From NCBI GenBank assembly GCA_002426025.1, contig DINP01000102.1, positions 58,189-112,430 on the forward strand: DNA of 54,242 nucleotides, given 5' to 3'. The translations under genes and the position numbers were made by a program. The notes beneath the pieces were generated by a model. It did not search any database. It was not told where the DNA came from and saw nothing but the letters and a program-made list of their open reading frames with translations. This DNA comes from Bacteroidales bacterium UBA5537. Lineage in GTDB: Bacteria; Bacteroidota; Bacteroidia; Bacteroidales; Lentimicrobiaceae. Below are positions 47,342 through 54,242 of this stretch, piece after piece. Numbering within the stretch: position 1 is the stretch's first letter; every line of letters starts with the position of its first letter.

Positions 47342-49474
47342 CTATTTCTGAATCACTATTTTACCCTGAAGTATCTGGTTTCCTGAACTGATTTTTAAAA
47401 GATACATTCCATTTTTCAGATTGCTCAGGTTCATTTGGATTGACTGCATACCATGCATTTCAGATGTATGATTTTTTGTTAGCATTAGTCGCCCAGCAAT
47501 GTCGTATACATCGATTGAAGTACAGCCTCCGTTTGGGCTTTCAAATTCAATGATTGCATTGTCATTGGCTGGATTTGGAAAAATAACAAGGCCTGGAGCC
47601 AGAGCAGGTTTTACAGGGTTTCCAATTCCAACGGGCAATTGAGGCGTAGTTGATAATAAAGTACCATTCTGACCGCCGATCAATCCGGGACTATTGGAGT
47701 AAAAATTAACTTTAAACAAATCATTCCAGGTGTTGCTTTGTTCAACTGACCAAGCCAGTCCGTTATATTGCAGCAGGATTCCATTTCGGCCAACAGCCCA
47801 ACCTCTGTCGTAACTGCTGAAATAAACTGAAAGAAGGTCTTCATTTGTAACAGGAGTTGCCTCAGACCAACTTTGTCCGTCGAAATGGGCGATGAGCCCG
47901 TTATCGCCAACAGCATAAATATTATAGTAATCAGCCACACAAAGATCGTTGAATGCTCCTGTGGATGTTCTGTAGGTAATGCTCCAGTTATTTTCTAAGA
48001 AGTTGTTATAGTATATTGCCCCGAGCGTATCACTATCAGATTTTTTAACACTCATCCAGGCCGCTTCCCATTCCTGCATTTTCCCGTTTTCGGGTGCATC
48101 AATAGGAAAGGGATCCATGTAAACCAGTTGTGTAATACTGTCGGTTAAAGGCAATTGAAATATCTCCCAGTTTTCCTCAATCAGGGAATACAGCGTATTG
48201 TGAAATGTAAAACCAACATCTGATGAAGTTATAGCTATTGATGAAACGGGTGACCAGATATCACCGAATTCAGATATAGCAGCTTCAGTCCATTCCCCAT
48301 TGCTAAATCTGAAAAGTTTTGATTCATAATTGAAAGGTGGCATCAATTCGAATTCTTTGTATGCCGCAGCCCATCCATTCTCTGCATCTGTAAACTCAAC
48401 TTCATTAAACCGGAACCCCGGCAATTTAAGTTCATTGGTCCAGTTACCTGCATTATAATGCCAGATACCATCCGTACCACAGGCAAAATAGCCATTGTTG
48501 GCCTGTGTAAAATCTATATCGAGTAAGCTGTCGGCAGTAAAACCATTGGAAACGCCCCAGTTTCCCTCATTTCCATAATAAACAAAGCCAATGCTATCGC
48601 TTGCATAAGCTTCATTTTCATTGATGGTTTCAACAGAAGTAAGCATATTTTTCATTCGGGCGGTGTATTCAGTTAACCAGGACCCATCGGTAAATTTATA
48701 AATTGCCGGATAGGTGTCAAATACAAACGGGCCTGAATTCTTAATACCAAAACCATGCTGATGATCGGGAAATGAGATACCTGCATTCGCGGTTCCCGAT
48801 GCCTGCAACTGCCATCCTGTGCCTGTGTTTTCGTAAAAAACACCTGATCCGTTCATATCATTTCCAACCATTCTTACTGTGGAAGGGCCAGTCATCACAA
48901 TCTGGTTAAAAGAGAGTAAGTTGCCATTGATAAAGGTATTGTCCTGTACCCATTCTCCATTGATAAAATGGAACAGATTGGTGGAAGAGCTACCAGCCCA
49001 GCCTTCATTAGGCGTATAAAAGCTTACTGTCTTAAGGCCTCCGGTTTCCGCCTGAACCTGCCATGTATTGCCATTATAAAACAGTATTGAGCTGCCAACA
49101 GCCCATCCATGATTTTCATCAACAAAACATACATCCAGAAGCTGCCCAGACACAGGGCTTGTTTGCTGTTGCCATTCGGACCCGTTATATTTGACTATCG
49201 TTCCGTTATTACCCACAGCCCAGGCCAGGGTGGGAGAGAGGTAGTAAACGGCATTCAGGTCAACTGAAACCGGACTTTCGGCCTGCCACCAAACACTATC
49301 ATTGTAATGAAGTATGACCCCGTTAGCAGCCACGGCAATGCCCTTTCCGGCTGCAGCAAAGCTGATATCGTTCAGATGGTGGTGAGCGGTGGTTGGGTTT
49401 ATCCAGTGCCAGGTCTGGGCTGTAAGTTGCCCGAATAAATATAACATCAATAATGTGAAAAATGACTTTTTCAT
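47342..49474 (-). CDS. T9SS type A cargo with YCF48-like beta-propeller repeats
   Basis: Signal LTA-Q; repeats AWAVGNNGTIVKYNG, GWAVGRNGILLQYNG; CTD IFPNPAND...LKNGMYLLKI. Confidence 0.88.
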   Translation of the reverse strand: MKKSFFTLLMLYLFGQLTAQTWHWINPTTAHHHLNDISFAAAGKGIAVAANGVILHYNDSVWWQAESPVSVDLNAVYYLSPTLAWAVGNNGTIVKYNGSEWQQQTSPVSGQLLDVCFVDENHGWAVGSSILFYNGNTWQVQAETGGLKTVSFYTPNEGWAGSSSTNLFHFINGEWVQDNTFINGNLLSFNQIVMTGPSTVRMVGNDMNGSGVFYENTGTGWQLQASGTANAGISFPDHQHGFGIKNSGPFVFDTYPAIYKFTDGSWLTEYTARMKNMLTSVETINENEAYASDSIGFVYYGNEGNWGVSNGFTADSLLDIDFTQANNGYFACGTDGIWHYNAGNWTNELKLPGFRFNEVEFTDAENGWAAAYKEFELMPPFNYESKLFRFSNGEWTEAAISEFGDIWSPVSSIAITSSDVGFTFHNTLYSLIEENWEIFQLPLTDSITQLVYMDPFPIDAPENGKMQEWEAAWMSVKKSDSDTLGAIYYNNFLENNWSITYRTSTGAFNDLCVADYYNIYAVGDNGLIAHFDGQSWSEATPVTNEDLLSVYFSSYDRGWAVGRNGILLQYNGLAWSVEQSNTWNDLFKVNFYSNSPGLIGGQNGTLLSTTPQLPVGIGNPVKPALAPGLVIFPNPANDNAIIEFESPNGGCTSIDVYDIAGRLMLTKNHTSEMHGMQSIQMNLSNLKNGMYLLKISSGNQILQGKIVIQK

Positions 49475-49615
49475 AATGCAAAATGTTTAACTATTGTTAA
49501 AAATAAGTTTAGACAGAATAGATTATTAGATTGATATATTCAAAGATATGGAATTTTAATTTTATTTATTTCTAAAAAAGATTAGTTACTGAAATTATTT
49601 TCTGATAAAGATTAG

Positions 49616-49657
49616 TGCTTATTTCCCAACAAAACATGCTTATTTCCCAACAAAACA
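49616..49657. repeat. Perfect 21-bp tandem duplication
   Basis: TGCTTATTTCCCAACAAAACA x2, upstream of the PfpI gene. Confidence 0.95.
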
Positions 49658-49692
49658 GGAGGGTTGTTGTTGATATGATAAATTTGAAACAC

Positions 49693-50211
49693 ATGACAAC
49701 AGTAGGAAAAAAGATTCTCACACTGGTACACAACGATTTTGAAGATCTGGAATTATGGTATCCGGTGCTCAGGCTTAGGGGTGAGGGCATGGTAGTGCAC
49801 CTGGCCGGCGATCTGGCCAATCATGTTTATGTCGGGAAATATGGAGTACCGGTTAAGAGCGATATTTCCTTTGATGAAATGTCGGCCGATGATTATGATG
49901 GTTTGCTGATTCCCGGCGGATGGGCCCCTGATAAACTACGACGCTTTCCAGAAGTGCTTAAGTTTACCCGCGATATGATGAATGCCAAAAAACCGGTTGG
50001 GCAGATTTGCCATGCTGGATGGGTGCTGGTTTCAGCCAATGTATTAAAAGGCAGAAAAGTAACCAGTACACCAGGCATTAAGGATGATCTGATCAATGCC
50101 GGCGCTGAATGGATTGATGCTCCGGTTGTAGTAGATGGGAACCTTGTTTCGTCGCAAAAACCAGCTGATCTGCCGTTTTATATGAATACTTACCTGGAAC
50201 TGTTTCGTTAG
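49693..50211 (+). CDS. PfpI/DJ-1 family protein (type 1 glutamine amidotransferase-like)
   Basis: FEDLELWYP, LLIPGGWAPD, QICHAG nucleophile elbow; start could be 49675 or 49693. Confidence 0.92.
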   Translation: MTTVGKKILTLVHNDFEDLELWYPVLRLRGEGMVVHLAGDLANHVYVGKYGVPVKSDISFDEMSADDYDGLLIPGGWAPDKLRRFPEVLKFTRDMMNAKKPVGQICHAGWVLVSANVLKGRKVTSTPGIKDDLINAGAEWIDAPVVVDGNLVSSQKPADLPFYMNTYLELFR

Positions 50212-50239
50212 TTCGCTGATTAGCAGATTTGTTGATTAG

Positions 50240-50632
50240 CTAATTAATTAAATCAAGTTTCTTTTTCAGTTTTTCGATCAGAGCCGATTCGGTTTCATTA
50301 ACACCCTCATAGGCTGAAGCTACCCTAAAAGCAATCCTGAGTGAAAGGTTTTTTAGGCGGCTATCTATTTCTGAGGCGTTGGTATCAATAAAATCGGTGA
50401 AATCGGTAAAAGCTTCCCTTGCAGATGCGTTACTGTTCCTCAATCTGTTGAATTCTGCCCCGGATTTAAAAATTGCTTCGCGCAAACTTTTATTGTCTGA
50501 GCCGGCATTTTCGATTTCCTGGCCGATAAAATCACAAATTCGGTCAACCTCTTCACTGTGGATAATACCGTCAGCCCTGGCAACCGCGTAAGCAAGCCGC
50601 CCCAATTCGGTGTAAAACAATGAATAATCCAT
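50240..50632 (-). CDS. TerB-like (tellurite resistance/co-chaperone-like) protein
   Basis: AYAVARADGIIHSEE and VASAYEGVNETE patterns. Confidence 0.65.
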   Translation of the reverse strand: MDYSLFYTELGRLAYAVARADGIIHSEEVDRICDFIGQEIENAGSDNKSLREAIFKSGAEFNRLRNSNASAREAFTDFTDFIDTNASEIDSRLKNLSLRIAFRVASAYEGVNETESALIEKLKKKLDLIN

Positions 50633-50769
50633 AATACAAGTTTAAGCTTTCCTTTATACAATTTGGTTATCTGCCGCAAAATTCCTGCCATTAGCTTGCA
50701 AATGCCCCGATAAAAATAACAATTCACAAATTTTCAACTCTATCATTGCTTTATCTGGTTTTATTAGGC

Positions 50770-50802
50770 AAAAAAAAGGCTGCCCTGAAAAGAACAGCCT
50801 TT
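50770..50802 (-). terminator. Terminator after the T9SS cargo gene
   Basis: AAAGGCTG...CAGCCTTT stem followed by a long T-run on the minus strand. Confidence 0.8.
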
Positions 50803-50820
50803 AAATAATAAGGGAATGAA

Positions 50821-53559
50821 TTACCTGATACTAACCTTGCGGGTTACAACACCCTCGTTGGTAGTAATATTCAGCAGGTAAAGTCCTGATGGTAATTCTG
50901 AAGTGCTGATGCGCAGTTCGTTTGAATTTCCGGCTGACTCATAAACAAGCTGGCCTGAAATGTTAAACAACCTTGCATTGGTAATTTCGCTGCTGTAAGT
51001 AACATTCAGTACATTGCTTACCGGGTTTGGATAAACTTTCAGGTTCTGAGCAACAGGCTGGTCGCCGGTTGAAGTAAAGAAACTAATGGCGATATCGTCA
51101 ACCAGGAAGATGAAAGCATCGTTAGAAACACACTGGATAGCAACATAAACTGCCTGTCCCTGGTATGCACCAAGATCATATTCTTTGTAAGTCCAGGCTG
51201 TTGCAGGGGCTTCAATTGGTCCGGCAAGTAATTCAAAACTTGCAGGGTTATTGTCAGTAGTTGAAACAAGAATATTGTATTTCTCAAGACCATACTGAGC
51301 GGTATAGGATTTCACCCACATAGTAAGTGCTGGATTATCGCCAAGGGTAACCTGTGGTGAAATCAGCCAATCGTTGTTTGGAGGAGTAACTGAAGCAAAA
51401 CAGGCACCAAGGCGGGCCCCGCCGTGCGTTGTCATACCGGTAACAGCCGGAGTGGTTGTCAGCGGGTTGAAAGCGATATAAGCCATTGGCTCACCTGAGT
51501 GAGGGAATGTTACATCAGTAATGGCATAAGTTTCGCTGCCATCAATATCAACAGCTTCCCATGGTTCGAATGTAAGAGCAAAGTCTTCCTGTGCTTCAAA
51601 ATCGAGAATGATACTGGTTAGGGTGCCGCCACCGGTAATTTCAATTTCTACTGGTCCGGCAGGAACTGATTCACCGTTGTCGTAAACAGCAGTTACCAGA
51701 TAGCTGTATCCGCCATTGGCAAGATCCATATCATCATAAAACGTATCGGGTATCTGATTGGCAATCATAGCACCATTGCGCCATACATTGTAACCAAGTA
51801 CTTCGCGGTTTGAATGATTCCTTGCAGGAATAGGAGCAACTGTATTTGTAATGGTTTTGTGCTGTCTGGCGACCATATTGGTTATAGGGTTAGTCATTTT
51901 TTCGCGTGCTGGTGCTGCGGAAATTTCACGAATGCTACCATCAGGGTACATAACAACTGCACGAATAAGATAAGCCTCAGTCCAAGCTTCCCAGCCACCG
52001 GCGTGATCATAATCCCATGACCGTCCATTATTCAAAGCTCCGTCATAACCAACAAATGTTGTTGCATTAATTGAACCGAAACCAACAACAAAATCGCCGT
52101 CAACCATTAAGTCTTCAGTAGAAACATCAATTTCGAGCCAATCATTGTCAATTGCAGTGGCTCCTATTTCATAAAGGAGATCAGTGCCAGGTGTGCCAGC
52201 TACGTCGTCCCATCCGTAAAGTTCAGCATTAAAACTGTTGTCGCCTGCCTGAATTGAAGTGTAATACTTCAGTGTGAGAATCTGGCAAGGGCCCTGAGGA
52301 GACATATGTGTTGACATAGCATAACCTTCGTAAGAATAGCCATCATCAGCAGTCCCATTGTCATAAATCAATTCTTCAGTTGAACCTGATCCTCCACCAG
52401 GAGCATCCCAGGTAAGGTGTACATCGTTACCACCGGTAACAGTTCCCTGAAGGTTGGTTGGAGGCAATGGCTCTTCTAGTATGCCATTAAATTTATACAT
52501 TCCGCCAACGGTGTTGCTTTCGTTGAAAGCACCGCACCAGCCAGTCATATTGTCAACCCAGTCGGTTGCCAGGAATTGGGTAGCTTCGGTATCGGGGAAG
52601 AAAGCCCAGGTATGTCCACCATCATAGCTATAAGAAATACCGGTATTGCCAGTTGCAGCACCTGTACTGACCCATGTGTTCGGGGTTCCTGGTACATAGG
52701 CGTAGTCATTGGTGAGTACTGGTCCGGTCACTGAAATAGTTGCCCAGGTAACACCACCATCGAAGGTTTCTGACATGGCACCAACTGATGATGCGCCTTT
52801 GTCCATGGCAATACCGTGCATTGCATCGGCAAATTCAACATCAACATAGGTATTGGCGAGGGTTGTAGCTGATACATCCCAGGTTAAACCTTTGTCAGAA
52901 GAACGATAAACGCGTCCTTTGTTGGTTCCGAACCAGATATTGTCGCCAACGGCTGAATAATATCCAACAACTCCCCATTCTCCTGAAAGAGGATTAGGAA
53001 TATTGTCACCCGGAACTAAAGTCCAGGTAGTTCCTCCATTGGTAGTAGTGTATAATTCAAAATCTCCGTTAATAGGGTCGCCCTGGCAAAAGCCATTATT
53101 AGCATCGAAGAAATGCACTACATTCGGGAATGAAGCTGCATTGCTGAAAGCAGCAGTTGTTTGCCGCGCCCAGGTAGCTCCACCATCTTGGGTAACGTAA
53201 ATACCCTGAGGTAATGATCCCGAAGACCTGTATAAAGGCACATAAGCGGTATTTTCATCAATTGCAAAAATCATCCCTGGCTCAAGGCCGGTTGCGTTAT
53301 TGATTACTCCCGGTGTCCATAAATCACCTCCGTTGGTAGTTTTGGTGAATTCTGCAATAACAGCAGCGGAACCGCTTCCGTCATAGGCAGTAGCCCAAAC
53401 AACCTGGTCTGATACGGCGTGCATATACTTGATACCGCGTGATGCTTCAGTAAAGCCAGAGGCCTGGGGAAGCCACTGAGCCATGCTGCTGAATGAAATA
53501 GCCACAAGGGCCAGAAGAGTAAAAACTTTTTTCATCATACTTATTTTTTGGTTTAACAA
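50821..53559 (-). CDS. T9SS type A cargo: BNR propeller, FN3-like segments, cleaved-adhesin (choice-of-anchor J)-like domain, CTD
   Basis: Signal SMA-Q; Asp-boxes (TTNGGDLW, TQDGGATW, SSDKGLTW, SYDGGHTW); PPTNLQG..VHLTWDAP; NNDWLISPQV; CTD VYPNPVSN. Confidence 0.9.
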   Translation of the reverse strand: MLNQKISMMKKVFTLLALVAISFSSMAQWLPQASGFTEASRGIKYMHAVSDQVVWATAYDGSGSAAVIAEFTKTTNGGDLWTPGVINNATGLEPGMIFAIDENTAYVPLYRSSGSLPQGIYVTQDGGATWARQTTAAFSNAASFPNVVHFFDANNGFCQGDPINGDFELYTTTNGGTTWTLVPGDNIPNPLSGEWGVVGYYSAVGDNIWFGTNKGRVYRSSDKGLTWDVSATTLANTYVDVEFADAMHGIAMDKGASSVGAMSETFDGGVTWATISVTGPVLTNDYAYVPGTPNTWVSTGAATGNTGISYSYDGGHTWAFFPDTEATQFLATDWVDNMTGWCGAFNESNTVGGMYKFNGILEEPLPPTNLQGTVTGGNDVHLTWDAPGGGSGSTEELIYDNGTADDGYSYEGYAMSTHMSPQGPCQILTLKYYTSIQAGDNSFNAELYGWDDVAGTPGTDLLYEIGATAIDNDWLEIDVSTEDLMVDGDFVVGFGSINATTFVGYDGALNNGRSWDYDHAGGWEAWTEAYLIRAVVMYPDGSIREISAAPAREKMTNPITNMVARQHKTITNTVAPIPARNHSNREVLGYNVWRNGAMIANQIPDTFYDDMDLANGGYSYLVTAVYDNGESVPAGPVEIEITGGGTLTSIILDFEAQEDFALTFEPWEAVDIDGSETYAITDVTFPHSGEPMAYIAFNPLTTTPAVTGMTTHGGARLGACFASVTPPNNDWLISPQVTLGDNPALTMWVKSYTAQYGLEKYNILVSTTDNNPASFELLAGPIEAPATAWTYKEYDLGAYQGQAVYVAIQCVSNDAFIFLVDDIAISFFTSTGDQPVAQNLKVYPNPVSNVLNVTYSSEITNARLFNISGQLVYESAGNSNELRISTSELPSGLYLLNITTNEGVVTRKVSIR

Positions 53560-53865
53560 TAGATTCAGTTACCTGCAAATATAGCCATTGCAAAATAAAT
53601 ACGGCTCTTTTTTTAATAAATCTTGATAAATATTTGCCTTTTCGGGAAAATGGTAATTTTTCATTTTAAAAAATTGAAGTGAACAAAGGCGCAGATTTCT
53701 TTATTTGGTTAAACAAATGAAACGTTATGAATAGCGGGCAAATTATCTTATCCCTAAATTGAAAGGAACGATGTAATTTCAGAATTGACTTTTTATAAGG
53801 ATATAAATCAAGGTTAGTAAATGCTTTTACTGAAAGCATCTATTTGAGCAAGTTCTATAAATGCT

Positions 53866-53873
53866 TACTTTTG
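53866..53873 (+). promoter_or_regulatory. -7 promoter element of ffh
   Basis: TACTTTTG, 35 nt before the ATG. Confidence 0.7.
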
Positions 53874-53907
53874 CAACGCGAAAAAAAATATCAGGAGAAC
53901 CTGCACT

Positions 53908-54242
53908 ATGTTTGAAAATTTAAGCGATAAACTAGAAAAAGCATTTAAAACCCTGAAAGGCCAGGGTCATATTACCGAGATTAATGTTGCCGAAACATTG
54001 AAAGATGTTAGGAAGGCTTTGCTCGACGCCGACGTAAGTTATAAAGTAGCTAAAACCTTTACCGATCAGGTTAAGGAGAAAGCTCTGGGTCAGAATGTGC
54101 TGACCTCTGTATCTCCCGGCCAGCTGATGGTAAAGATCGTTCATGATGAACTTGCTGACCTGATGGGTGGCAGCCAGGCTGATATCGTACTGAAAGGCTC
54201 CCCTGCAGTTATCCTTATCGCGGGGCTTCAGGGTTCGGGTAA
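53908..54242 (+). CDS. ffh: Signal recognition particle protein Ffh, 5' part (runs off the window)
   Basis: Not in the ORF track. Manual translation: MFENLSDKLEKAFKTLKGQGHITEINVAETLKDVRKALLDADV...VSPGQLMVKIVHDEL...AGLQGSG. Confidence 0.97.
   Translation, partial: MFENLSDKLEKAFKTLKGQGHITEINVAETLKDVRKALLDADVSYKVAKTFTDQVKEKALGQNVLTSVSPGQLMVKIVHDELADLMGGSQADIVLKGSPAVILIAGLQGSG

Noticed and set aside
221-54144. Numerous 60-200 aa ORFs antisense to or out of frame within long genes (e.g. 4676-5284, 28387-28893, 53932-54144)
   Set aside because: Shadow ORFs of well-supported CDSs; 53932-54144 is antisense to ffh

Overview
Chromosomal window from a Bacteroidota organism, probably an anaerobic Bacteroidales-type (T9SS C-terminal domains, TAnnTTTG promoters, Gln at +1 after signal peptides). 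Left to right: (1) a minus-strand heavy-metal efflux island at 1-9359 (Fur-like regulator, His-rich small protein, TRASH/YHS protein, CzcA fused to its outer-membrane factor, CzcB, PII-like protein, His/Trp-rich lipoprotein, two CDF transporters); (2) an unexplained ~2 kb module at 9637-11523 (REP-like element, terminator, signal-peptide-less helical + Ig-like protein, ~400-nt leader, and an indel-free array of 12 x 21-bp repeats); (3) housekeeping and metabolic genes (rpsA, rnz, hybrid kinase, tcdA, mscS, ZIP transporter, YdiJ-like FAD/Fe-S oxidoreductase, DUF1338, lplA); (4) a nitrite ammonification / nitrosative-stress region at 27553-44497 (nrfHA, hcp, DUF438, DUF1858, cupins, PepSY-TM, porin, Fe-S protein, two Rrf2) interrupted by a large T9SS cargo gene and dotted with REP-like and 7/8-mer microrepeats; (5) typA, LEA-2 lipoprotein, two more T9SS cargo proteins, PfpI, a TerB-like protein and the start of ffh. 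No rRNA, tRNA, CRISPR array, transposase, integrase or reverse transcriptase was recognised. All family calls come from motif recognition, not database searches. Best leads: the 21-bp array module and an internal signal peptide in the CzcA-OMF fusion.
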